A stretch of DNA of 64,000 nucleotides. It comes from Acanthaster planci (lineage: Eukaryota). The position numbers and the translations under genes are program-made. The notes under the pieces were generated by a model. It was given only the letters and a program-made list of their open reading frames with translations, did no database searches and was not told the origin of the DNA. Shown one piece after another: positions 52,401-64,000 of the stretch; positions within the stretch are counted from its first letter, which is position 1; every line of letters begins with the position of its first letter. The stretch is taken from assembly GCF_001949145.1 (NCBI RefSeq), contig NW_019091357.1, positions 3,355,078 through 3,419,077 on the forward strand. The letters are read 5' to 3'.

Positions 52401-54548
52401 AAATGTCTATGTATTTTCGACACTTTCATATTGATTTTATCTTTTTATCTCACCCTGTGGGGGCCGACTTGGCGTTTTGTGTTATTGATTCCAGAGTTGA
52501 TTCAGATCATGGAGGAAGGAAGACACGCTCCGTGTTCAGAAGAAGTGCATATGCCATTCAGTATACGCTATGCACTTAAATGATAACAGTCGCAATGTTC
52601 GTGGAACTGCTGGCTTTACAGTTTTCACAAGGTATACTGCAAAAGACTTAAACCATGCGTCCCATCAGTGAGTTTAAGAAGTCAAGAGATGACTTGTTCG
52701 CCGGCGAGTTAAACGGGCTCAAGAAATAAGTGGCTTAGCTATGAGATGTTTCATTGGTTTGCATGCATATGAAGTTCTATTCAAAACAAAAGGCACCTCC
52801 TCGTTACGTGATTAGAGTTTGCAAATAAGACCAAGTAGGCTGTATTTCTGGTCACAGTAACGAACGTGTGAGATAATGTTTGAGGGGGAAAAATGACTCA
52901 TGACACCATAGAAAGCTGGGCCCCCTTCAGAGGTCAGTGTTCACCCCCATGCCCTGCCCCCACGCCACTGTAAGAAATAAAAAAAAATAGGATTATGTGC
53001 ATTGATCCTGGGCCCGGTGTGGCGGTCTCAGCTGTCTCCTGGTCTCAGCGGTCCCCCTTTACCAAATATGGTAAAAATACGTCATGCCATCTCTGCGCAC
53101 AACAACGGGAAAGTTTAATTGGCATGCTGAGCATGCAGTCCACGCATGCTTCACGTTTTACGTGACGTATACTGTACATAGACTTACACCAAAGATAATA
53201 GCACCGCTTATAGTACCATGCGAGTTAGTCGGACGGACATCTCAGCACGGAAGTCCAACAAGATCGTGCTTGTGTCGTGCTGAAATGTCCGACTACATCA
53301 GGGGGGACCGCTGAGACCGCCACACCTGGGCAGGCGGAGAGATTGGCGCGTTAGACGTGTACCTGTTCCAGCAATGATATGGACACCTGAAGCGACCGAG
53401 AAATCGACCAACTTGCCCACGTTTCGGCCCAGACCGTAGATCGTCTGCTCGACCAAAGACTGGCAACCGTTCTCCTTCAGGTACAAGAGCTCATCGATGA
53501 GGGCGCTGTCTTCGTTCATGAGCAGACAGTTGTGCCGAAAGCTGTATCTATTTATTTTCAGTTGGAGCACACATTGTCATCATCTATATCAGAGGGCGCA
53601 AACTACGAAGTTCGCTGTACTACGAAGTTCGCCTTACTACAAATTTAAAGTTCGCTTTTAACTTCGCTTGAGTCGCAAATCAGATTAAATTCATACCTGT
53701 ACTAATGCGTCTGATATCATTGACACTGCATTTCTTTGCTGAGACAATGGGCCGGTTCGGTATTCCAGTACGTGCCCCAAAATAAAAGCTCGGCCAAGGT
53801 CACCTGATAACAGCAAATACGTGCGCGCGAGATCTACCCAATCACTCAGCACTTGCTTTGTCCTCAAAATGTCCTCGCCTTTTTACAATACCGAACTGTC
53901 TCATTACATTCGTCACATTTTTATCAGTCGCTTGTTAATTTTTTGTGTGCATAAGTACACTGTAAAAAAGGCGCTTAGAGTTTAAACACATTCCTAAACG
54001 CATGTTGATAAACATGTTGAGGGTTAAACGTGTTTTGGTAAGTGGGTACTAGAAGTGTTTGAACTCTCAACGCTGTTTTTACAGCGTACAAAATATTCCA
54101 TTAGATTTATGTCAAACTTACGGATTATGGCGAAACCAGTAAAGGTTCTCCATCGTGATGGGCCATGTAAATTTATTTCGTCCTTTATCACTGGTTGGCT
54201 CTTGGTAGTAACAGGTGAAATCTGCGTACAGGTGCTCGTGGGAAAGAGTAAACCCTAACTCCCCCGGATCAACTTGACCCAAAACTGGTGGAATGGAAAG
54301 AGAGGCGAACGATGTAAAAATGATATTCAGCCGCCATATTTCTTTTCTTTAGAGCATATCACTGCCTGGTGAGAAATAACCTCAGGATAGGCGCTTTCCC
54401 TCGAGCACAGTTCATCGCTAGAAGCCGTAGGTATAAGAACCCTGAGCCGCAAGCATGAGTCATTAGTCTCCAAGTCAAGTCACAACCTAAAGTACGTCGT
54501 TGGCCAATTCTTACCTGTGAGTGCCTTGCCTTTCAGTTGATCAACCAT
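49435..54548 (-). CDS. PTER: Phosphotriesterase-related protein (PTER family amidohydrolase), copy 1 (7 exons, 351 aa)
   Basis: Exons 54548-54515, 54284-54122, 53547-53363, 52374-52219, 51479-51315, 50685-50468, 49569-49435 (1056 nt). Translation [54 protein letters not shown]. All binuclear metal-ligand motifs are present. Confidence 0.93.
53746..53905. mobile_element. Small MITE in a PTER copy 1 intron
   Basis: Imperfect TIRs AATGGGCCGGTTCGGTATT / AATACCGAACTGTCTCATT. Confidence 0.5.
53958..54087. mobile_element. Palindromic MITE (CTGTAAAAA...TTTTTACAG type)
   Basis: CACTGTAAAAAAGGCG / CGCTGTTTTTACAGCG ends plus an inner GAGTTTAAACAC / GTGTTTGAACTC pair. Confidence 0.6.
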
Positions 54549-56142
54549 GCTGAACTTATCCCGTGGATAGCTGGTCGTTGACGAAGCCGCGTGCGTCTAC
54601 GTGTTGAGGCAGTGATCAGGAGTATGCAGGCAATCGTGAATGATCATTAACCTTTGTATCGGGCCATCGAGCTATGATCAGGCACAAATAACTCTGACCA
54701 TCCAGAATCCAGCAATGCGCCACACGTGGAGTAATTTTAGCTTCGTGCGTCATTTTGCTTCACGCCATCGAAGTTCGCCGGCTTCAAACGGGCAAGTGCA
54801 GCCCGTAGGGTCAACCGCTACACTGTGACGTTCCTAGTAGCGTGAATATTGGCAAGGTTCAAGCAGGAGATACCCCCAAAATAGCCGATTCAACTCATCA
54901 ACAAAATACTATTGGAACAAAGGTCTCGGGCGCGAAAGCCAACACGAACAAGAAATTGTTACCTCAGATTAAAATCTATATTTCGTAGTGTAAATTTACA
55001 AAAGTTGAACACCCAAGCGAGCTTTGCTTGTAAATATTTTGTGACTTCAAATTCGCTTTTCATTCGTACGTGTATTAAGTGTGAAGTGGACTTTTCACAA
55101 TCAGACTGCATTGCGGTAATTCCGTACGGCCAAATATATTAAATGCATTATTCTATGACGAAAGAGGCGCATTATAAACTTGTGTTATTGTAATCCCCCA
55201 GGAGGGGTGGAGGTTATCCGTCGTCATTGCGTAGCAGGGATAACGTAATACAGTGCAGGCAAAGTAAACCGAAGCATGATTTTCTGGTGGGAAGAGGATA
55301 ACCATTGATTGCTTATAATTGCCACGAGTGATAAGTATGACAGTTACAACTTCGGTCAAGTTGATTTGCGAAAGGTTATTCCATCCTATTGGCCAGTTTC
55401 CCAAGTAATCATCACATAAGACTGGGTTCTTTTCAATTCACGAAGATTAATGAAATTTTGTATCGCTACGAAAGGAAAGTAGTATTTGAATCACCACAGC
55501 ACGCCAAATCGGATTACATACCTTCCCACCTTTTTAATTCAGATTTCAAAGATTGAACATTAATATAAGTAATACAGTAAATAATGTAACAGGAGAACAT
55601 TCAACTGAACGTATATATATGTACATGACCATGCCAAAGGCAAACCTTATAGTTGTCGGAATGCATGTACAATGTATATCAAAATTTGTTACACAATCTC
55701 GCTGCAGCGTTCTTCAGGAGACAAGTTGCATGTTGCTTTGTATTTCTGGTTGTTTCTGGCTTTCGGGTGACCTTTGGTCCTTAATTGCCACGTAACATGA
55801 AAACGCTGTCCAATTTTTGTTTGACTGATCTAAAGTTGTGCAGAACTTCAAAGAAAAACAAAGTTATGAAAAAGATAATGTTTACAGCGGCTTAGCAAAC
55901 TTTCCACGGGGATTATATTGTTGGGTCAAATCCCCCCGTTTGAATATTTAAGGTTAAAATTAACTTGATACCACAAGAAGTTGTACGGATAGGCCTACTT
56001 GTTTCATGTGAACGATCCTTACAATTCAGCAATCATGACGCCGATTTTCAAAAACCACGAGTTGATGTTAAATCTGGTAATATAGGCAGGCTCCAGGGAG
56101 GGGAGGTACCTGCGACACAACCTCATTCGGGTAATGATCACT

Positions 56143-58857
56143 CTACTTGAACGCTAGCCACCTCTGTGGGTTGGTCGTTACAAACTTATCGATGACAGAC
56201 TGCGACAGTCCTCTTACTCGCATCTTTGGCAGGACATGGAGATTGATATGTGACAGACCGTGCCCGCCGTACTTCATCTGCAGAGAGACAGAGCAGCAAT
56301 GTAACAGGACAAGGTGGTTTCATCTTTCAACCCCCGTGTTTTACGTTTGCTGTAAACCAAACCCTACCAAACGTCTGTGCAAAACATCCGCGCAACTGGG
56401 ACTCACCATCTGATGTTTGGCGTGGAAGTCATGGGATATGACCACCCTGTCCTCCATCCCTTCCTCCACCAGGCTTTTGATCATCTGGATCCTCTGCCCG
56501 TCGTTCATAAAATCGATCTCGGGGTAGAACTGGCAGTGCGCTACCTCCGTGCCGAAGAAATCGAACTCCAGAAGCGTGCCGAGCTCGGTAAATTCCAGTA
56601 GAGACTCTTTGGTGAAGAAGCACCCTTTGTCAAAAAGAAATCTTAGCTTTGAGCGTAGCTATTGGCACCATATGGGGTAGATTATTATGGGGTGCATTAA
56701 AGGTGACACCAATAAGTTATAAACTCGGCAATTTCAGCTGCCAGTTTTCTATTTGAGTGCTTCCCATCGACGCTGCATGCATTCAATTTATACGAACATG
56801 TTAGCCCGTGTGACCGCTGCAAAGGGATGTTGGTGCAGTATCTATCAAGACGAGACAAGACAGCATTAATAACTCTGGTTCGTGCCAAAGAGTCCTTACA
56901 ATATAATCAACGTCAGCCGTTCGCCGAACACTCACTTTCGGTTGGCAACATTTTCATCATTATACTTGCAGCAACTTACTGTCAAGATGGTCCATGACAA
57001 TCTTGTCGACCTGCGCCCCGGTCTCCTGGAGTACTCGCACTGCCTCCTCGGGTGATCTGGGATCCAGGCCTGGGTGGATGGACACCGGACAGCCTAGTTT
57101 CGACTGCACGCTGGCCGTGGCGCGAAGAATCTTCCGCTCGTTGTCTGGGGAGCAAAAGAACATCGCCGTTGAACGTCTTCTTAGTAATCTTCGAGATATT
57201 CGAGGATGGGGACTTGCTGGGAAGTTATATTTTGGCATTTGAAGCAGTAGGTGGGGGTGGGGTAGGCGCCAGCCTGCCGTAAATAGGACTATTACCTCTC
57301 AAGGGCCAGGAACACCCTATCTCGCCGATGACTCCACACCGACCTGTGCTACCGTCAGCCCCTTGCATTATGTCAGTGGTCATGACCTTTTCAACGTCTT
57401 CCTGTGACATCCTGTCCATTTCTGGCGGGTGTGTGCTTGACGTGTAGTAGCCTACAAAACGCAGCCGAAAAGAGCTCACGATAATTGCCCGACAGCAGTC
57501 ATATTTGCCATGACACAAGAACTAAATGCACGCCTATAATTATGTCTTTAAAGGAGGTTTATCTAACAAGCTTAACTGGGATGCGGGATGATATCACGAC
57601 AAATGAGACTTCAACGGAGCAAAACACTATTCTCACAAAGTGGAAGGGAGTGGCATATCTTCCCACCCCAAACCGAAATCCCAGTTGGGATTAAGGAGCT
57701 GCATTACCCCTGATCTGCTACGAGTACTAACTCGTGAGGATAAGACATGCATGTTCAGACTCTAAGACCTTAAATTTAATATCATTTTACTTTTTCCAAG
57801 ATGACTTTTTTTTTTTGTTGGTTTTTTTTCACCTGTCCCAGCAATGACATTCACCCCGGTAGCGGTGGAGAACTCGACCAGTTTACCGACATTACGGTCG
57901 AGCCCAAGCGTTGTCAACTCTACCAGGGACTGGCAGCCATTCTTCTTCAGGTAAAGGAGCTCCTTGATAAGAGCCTCATCTTCGTTCTTGAGAAAAAGGT
58001 TTTCCTTCCAACTGTAACTGAACTTAGAGAAAAAGTTATCCCATCAGGATTCATGTGAAAGTACGCCCTTTGAAAAGTGAGCAAAACGCTTTTGAAAATA
58101 TTTCAAAGATGATCATACGCGCTCAGAAAAATACCAAGTTCAAGAGTCGGTCAGGTGTAGGTTCTGAGGACCAAACCCCTTTACTTGATAGGGTTCAGAG
58201 AACCAACTCTAATGAAATAAGGTTTAAATGAAATAAGGTTCCAGGTTCTAAAAAGAACTGAATCCTTTGAGAACCTTGCCTTCGGCCATGAGTTTGAATA
58301 TAAGTACTCGAAGGCTTTTATCATCATCACCACATACAGGGACATGTACTGAAAGTTTTCTTTCATTTACAGTCCCAGACCCAACAGATTCATATTAAAA
58401 GATCCAACAGTCCCTTGCAAGCAAGATCGATCAGGCTTGTCGTTCCAGAAACGTAAACATTCGCATTCAACAGAATAATTGTAATGACCGTGATATTTAC
58501 GGATTACTGCGCAACCAGTACAGGTTCTCCATGGTGATTGGTAATCTGCATATTTCCCGCCCCTCCTCTGTGATTGGCTCGGAGTAGAAACAACCAAAGT
58601 CGGCATGCAAGTGCTCATGGCTGAGTATGCACCCCAAATCCGCCGGATCAATGGGTCCAAGAACTGCAAAACAAGAAAAAAATAACTGTTCCATTCCGAT
58701 ATAATTATTTAAGCCAAATGTACCAAGAGTTGGATTTTTATATTTGCAGTGCGTTGGAATGAAGTGCTCTAAAAAATTTGGGAACTCGTGCAGAACTGGA
58801 CATGGTGCGATGCGTGCCCTCACCCGTTAATACTTTTCCTCTCAGATTTTCTACCAT
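56143..58857 (-). CDS. PTER: Phosphotriesterase-related protein (PTER family amidohydrolase), copy 2 (7 exons, 351 aa)
   Basis: Exons 58857-58824, 58663-58501, 58017-57833, 57451-57296, 57144-56980, 56624-56407, 56277-56143. Exon lengths equal those of copy 1 (34, 163, 185, 156, 165, 218, 135). Translation MVENLRGKVLTVLGPIDP..SHEHL..GEIGCSWPL..IHPG..DHLDR..HDFH..NPQRWLAFK*. Confidence 0.93.
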
Positions 58858-59647
58858 TCTGTGTTAATGTAGAGCGAGTCTGAGAATTGAAGTGCAGAAC
58901 ACGCGGTAGTCAGTTGAGTGGACCTGTGTGACCGCACGTGGTTTCACCCAGGTGAGCTGGCTAGTTCTTGACGTCCACTTATCCCTGTATTTAGGTGAAA
59001 CTTACACGACGACCACCCTAGAAATGAACGACAGAAAATCCAAATTACAAGTTTGGCCATGGGTGTCGTGTCACCAACAGCCTGAGTGCTTCCAGGCGAC
59101 CTCCATATTATGGCCGTGTATTTATCGCTAAGCCGTGGCGTGACGGTGTTGCGCTGTATCACGGGAAGGACCGGTTTTTTACAAGCGTGGTGACCCGTGA
59201 CTACATGCATGGTGATGACTGGACTGAGTAGATGAGCTGTCGGCTCTATCATGGTTTAGAGATAACCTGCGTTAACTCTTGTGCTTAAGTGCAACTCGTC
59301 ATCACACAACTCCTGTAGTCACAGGTAAACATGAAATAAGCAACACTATCTAATACAGGCATGCAGTGATCATTAGCCAGGACAAATTTAAACTTCGTGA
59401 CTCAGTGGCTGATCGACTCAACGTGCGTTCTCGATGTCCTTGCATGAGTCGCAATAAAGCAGGCACCGTGCACCCAGCCTGAGTCTCGCACCGAGACGCT
59501 TGTCGTAATGAACCATCAACCGTCGCTGAAAGATGGGGCTAGCTATGTGAATACAACCGCAGAGCAAGGACAACTAGTGTGGGAGGGCTGCGTATAGCAC
59601 CGTGATCAGAATATTGACAAGAATATAATATCATTTATTGACAAGAA

Positions 59648-59715
59648 TGTAATATAAAATCAGTGCAATAGAATATGTGATTGCACATATTCCAGAGCAC
59701 TGATTTTATATTACA
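59648..59715. repeat. 68-bp hairpin (inverted repeat)
   Basis: Perfect 19-bp arms TGTAATATAAAATCAGTGC / GCACTGATTTTATATTACA, an inner 9-bp stem GAATATGTG / CACATATTC and a 4-nt loop. Confidence 0.85.
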
Positions 59716-61710
59716 GTAAAATTTCGATACCTCGAATCTCCGGGGAATGGACAAAAACATTAGTTATCTGAAATTCGAGTTAAAAGAAAGTTCCGATTTC
59801 TTTTGAAGTGAAGTCATTATTATGATGTGTATTTCTATGATTTTAGGGATGGTCTGCTTCTGATGAAAATTTCTAAAAATTTCATTGGCCACCCCCCCAA
59901 AAAAATTGAAAGGCAAATGAAACGGGACATGTCGATCGTCGTTTTTCTGTGCAGCCTGAACACCTGCAAGAGTTGTATTTTTAAAATAATGGTGAAGTAT
60001 GGGGACTTATAATTTGCTGTCTATATGGGAATTTAATTGTAATGGTACACCCTTCATGGCAACACGGAGGCCGTTTGGAACACGGACGTGTATAATAAAA
60101 TCTGGACTCGCAATGCCCTTAATCAGCTTATAGAGTCATTGAATCCACTCGCGGCCATTTTACCGAGCCGAATACAAAGCTTTCCCGGCAATGCCCGCCT
60201 TTGTTCTTCCTGACGTCAAAAGAAGGGAGCCAACCCACAGTAACTTCATAGCTAGCTCAGTGCGCCCTCTTTAATGAGGATTTTTACGTGAAATTTATAT
60301 CATCATCTTTACCCATCAGCCAGTGGTTTTCTTTTCCCCGGGCCGGAGTGACACTGGAGTAAAGTGAAACCTCAATGGAACAATTGCCAGAGGTTTTGAG
60401 GGCCCACGTCAGCCTTGAGTCTACGGTATACATGTTGGTTTGCTTCAAGATCGACACCCATTAAAAATTCCAAATTCTTGTGTTCAGTGTCAACTTTCAC
60501 AAGTAAAGACACCTCACTGGTAAATTCAGACTACTCCAGATTTTAAAGAGATTGTTTTAAAATTCCTGAAATCCAGAAATTCGCCTTGGTTGAAGAGGAA
60601 AACCTGTAACTATATAAAGCCTGATGAGCAACTTTTGAATATTTTTAGAGCAGCAAACCAGGGTTGCATTTGTATTAACATTATGGCCAAATCTGTTCCC
60701 TGGACCACTCAGAAATGTTTCAATAATTGGATTTTGAGAGATTTGGAGACTGTTTCATTTCCTTCGTCCCCTAAGCGTGTAAATATTCCCTATGTGTAGG
60801 CTAAGCTCAGAATATTCATAAAACATGTAACGTTACGTAACATAAAGAGATACCAGTGTCGTCGGTCGTTGCCCACCCCTGGCCTATAAGAAATGTGGTT
60901 CTGGATTGCGATTATAAGCTTGTTTCGTGCGTTTTGGACGCAAAGTCGTTGTTGTTTCCATGCAACATTTTCTAGAAAGGGCAGGGGGCTAGTTAAAACC
61001 TTGCACTTAAACGCGACGATTCTCAAAACATGCATAATCAGTTTTAGACGCAAAAGGAGCGCATAACCATGCCAATAATTTTGGGGATTTTGAAAAAAAT
61101 AAAATGGAATTAATCTGATTTCTAAAAACATTTTTTATTTCTGAAAGAGACTTAAATGCGACTTGAATTAAATGCGAGCCAGGCACTCCGCGCATGACGT
61201 CACTATGCAAAACTCACGCTGCATCCAAACCCCGTTTACAGTCGGTCCGTGATATACACGGCGGACCGACTACGGACCGACTACCGTACAAACACACTGC
61301 AAACAACACGTGGGTGCGGTGGCACACGTGCACGAGTGTAGTACGATACTGAGCGCATTTTCGCGACGTCGTGTATCATCAAGAAATTAGTGAGGAATCG
61401 CTGACATACCTACGTGATGACATTGATGGAGTAAGTACAATGGATTTTGCTTTTATTATTTCACACTTTACATGAAATTCATAAGCCTGCCGCTTACATG
61501 TAGTAGTGCTGCAGTTGGGCTGGCCCAACTATTGTTGACCAGTGCTTGCGGGATGAAATGTCTCGACATTATCCAAGTCAATGTGTCTCACACTTGACAC
61601 AATTCTTAAAAAATGTAGCACTTAGCCCTATGACCAATGACATGACATTTGTAAACAATATGACTTTGGCACGTGCTGGGCGCATCATACACACAGGACC
61701 TCTCTGCTGT

Positions 61711-61828
61711 AGTTGGGCCGGCCCAACTGTAACACTCTAGTTGGGACGGGCCCAACTATAGTTGGGACGGGTCCAACTACAGTTGGGACGGGCCCAACTA
61801 TAGTTGGGACTGATGCTATAGTTGGGGC
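61711..61828. repeat. 21-bp minisatellite of palindromic units (AGTTGGGACGGGCCCAACTAT)
   Basis: Units start at 61739, 61760, 61781 and 61802 (partial), with variants at 61711 and ~61513. Confidence 0.85.
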
Positions 61829-62119
61829 GTTACAAGACCATGGAGTTGGAGAAAGGAAAAAGACCATGTTGAGACTAATCCTACATGTAGGACTACAACG
61901 GTTTCCCCGTCGTATATTTGTTCAGGTTGTGTAGACAGAAGCATGAGAAATTGTGAATTAATAACAGAAATACAGACATAAAACGACTGGTTTATTTACA
62001 TAGATGATCAACCCTTGCAAGCTATCTTGCCAACGCACATTACAAACAACACATTCGACTTGTATGCCATCGGCTCAACCATGTTTAAATGTATTCGTTG
62101 TTCTACGCTTAATGTCTTC

Positions 62120-62188
62120 ATTGTACAGCGCATTTGAACATATCTATATGAAATTTGCGCTTTGTAAATGAATAAATTATTATTATTG
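62120..62188 (+). mobile_element. 3' tail of a LINE/SINE (CR1/L2-type)
   Basis: TGTACAGCGCATTTGA...GCGCTTTGTAAATGAATAAATTATTATTATT: stem-loop followed by an (ATT)n tail. Confidence 0.5.
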
Positions 62189-63176
62189 GCAAACAGTTCC
62201 GTTACACTCCCTCCTCTGAGACAGATTCCAGCGGAGAAGTGCGGTGAATCAGTCTCACTATTCATAAGCTCTGTTGTGGAGTCCACAATCATTTTGCTAT
62301 CATCTTGAAAGCTATCATACTAATATCAAGTAATAAAGATGATCAGAAAACAACTACTTTCAAAGGCTTCTTTGTCCGCTTTCGAGTCAACTCGTATTGC
62401 CATCCGTGAAGAAATAAATTTTTGCAGGTAGATTTGGCCCTGGTCCTTCCTTACGTCATGTACATTGGACCACCTCACAGCCGCCTGCAATCCCCAAAGA
62501 ATTGGGCTGTCCAATGCTGGACTTTTGTACAAATTTCGTATGCATGACTGTCCTTCTCAACAATACAAATGTTGAAATTTTATCTCAATCTGTCATATGG
62601 TTTGACAGTCACTTGGAAGTTGGGAATGGCAGCGGAAAAGTATATATTCTTGGTTGACCTCTCTTAGAAAAAAGGTGCAGTGCAAGAACGGTATGTTGGA
62701 TTTTCACAAAAATGCTGTCAGAATGACCAAAAAGAGTTATTTAAACAAAACTCCAGAAGGCTTCTGGAAAATATGCACCTTGATAAAATTGGAAAATATG
62801 TTAAAGGGAGGTATATTCCTTCTCCTCTTCTCCCTTCAGAGGTTCTTCAAGAAATTTCCACTCACACAGCCAGAGAGTTCACAATTTGTTAAGTTGAGAA
62901 AGCTTCAAAGCAGTCTCTGGGTACCTCCTGTTGTTTGTACACGTGTCAACTGGCTGAAGATGGACCTTTTCCGAATCAGCCGGCTTAGGCTGACAGAATT
63001 ACACAAGTCTGTGGCAAATGACTGAAGCCACTCACATGTGGCTTTAATCATTTAGCCTCAGCCACATCTTTTGGACATTGCCTTAAAACCCACAACTTTG
63101 CTGGGGACATGCTCAAACGAAAGTACATATTACAATGTAAACAGACATAACTGCTCCCTTTTTGTCAGGTGTCAAA

Positions 63177-63309
63177 GGTGATAGCAGCGTGGTTGGTCCC
63201 CTGCCTATGAGCTCATCTTCTTGCATCACTGCCCTGGTAGAGCTAGGTGATAGCAGCGTGGTTGGTCCCTGCCTGTGGGCTCATCTTCTGGCATCACTGC
63301 CCCAGTAGA
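63177..63309 (+). repeat. 69-bp tandem duplication inside an exon-like segment
   Basis: GGTGATAGCAGCGTGGTTGGTCCC... occurs at 63177 and 63246, flanked by acceptor TTTTTGTCAG (ending 63168) and donor GTAAGC (63310). Confidence 0.75.
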
Positions 63310-64000
63310 GTAAGCCATCTCTTGTTTTATGACAATAGTAGTCATAATTTTGGTTGTCGCAACAATTTGTGTAAAGGTACAGTCCACCATTTGTCTTTTG
63401 TGGATTATTTTCCTTCATATGAAGCAAAAGAATCACTGAAATCTAAAGAAGGGAACGCAAGAACGAACCTGATAAAGTTTCAGCTTAATAATGAATGCTC
63501 CATATTCTGAGAAAACTATTGTAGGACTTGGATTTCAGATCAAACGTTGCTGAGCCATGTTTTAAATTGTGCCTGAATTCAGCATCTGGGAAACAGTCTC
63601 ATATTCAGTTGAATGCAGCTACACCTTGTCACACCCCTGAACTGATGAATTATAGAAACTGCTAGTGTCTGTGCATCATGTCAACGCTTGTATGTATTTC
63701 TAATAATATTGACTTTCCAAAAATTTGAGAAGGCACCTGCTTGAAATCATTGTTTCTTTATGATGACCGTTTGCCAGAAAGAACAGTTGCTCACAGAATT
63801 TAGTCCTCCATCTAAAACCAAGTGTGCTTTTCAACAACAAGTTGGATACCTTTGGATAACTGCAAATGATGGACTATACAGTACTTTTAACCCATTTCTT
63901 CTTGTGCAGGGTTCCCACTGTCAATGAAAATCCTGGGAAAAAGTTGGCCTGGAAATTCATGAAAAATTGGTCTGAGGAAAAGTGATGGAAATTAAGATTG

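Noticed and set aside
49435..58857. PTER duplication as a haplotype assembly artefact or pseudogene
   Set aside because: Introns differ wholly in size and sequence, many amino acids differ, and both reading frames and all splice sites are intact.
49435..58857. Horizontally acquired bacterial phosphotriesterase
   Set aside because: Six spliceosomal introns in each copy, and sequence collinear with animal PTER including the NP..WL.FK C-terminus.
61711..61830. Palindromic repeats resembling a CRISPR array
   Set aside because: Units are contiguous with no unique spacers, there are no cas genes, and the context is eukaryotic.

Overview
Eukaryotic DNA from an invertebrate animal (inferred from GT-AG introns, abundant TACATGTA and mosaic CpG depletion). 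I could reconstruct five intact protein-coding genes exon by exon. (1) A FAM110-family gene on the minus strand with a single ~3.5 kb coding exon, 1177 aa. (2-3) Two tandem 6-exon SLC16/monocarboxylate-transporter-like MFS genes on the plus strand, 510 and 512 aa. (4-5) Two tandem 7-exon phosphotriesterase-related (PTER) genes on the minus strand, 351 aa each, lying tail-to-tail with the transporters. Non-coding DNA holds many MITEs and non-autonomous DNA transposons (hAT-like with 6- or 8-bp target-site duplications, a piggyBac-like mini-element, palindromic MITEs), SINE/LINE remnants and small tandem repeats. The best candidate for an undescribed system is the 2x SLC16 + 2x PTER block, a possible transporter-hydrolase cluster whose paralogs differ at predicted substrate-binding residues. 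That functional link is inference only. I saw no CRISPR array, rRNA or intact transposase.
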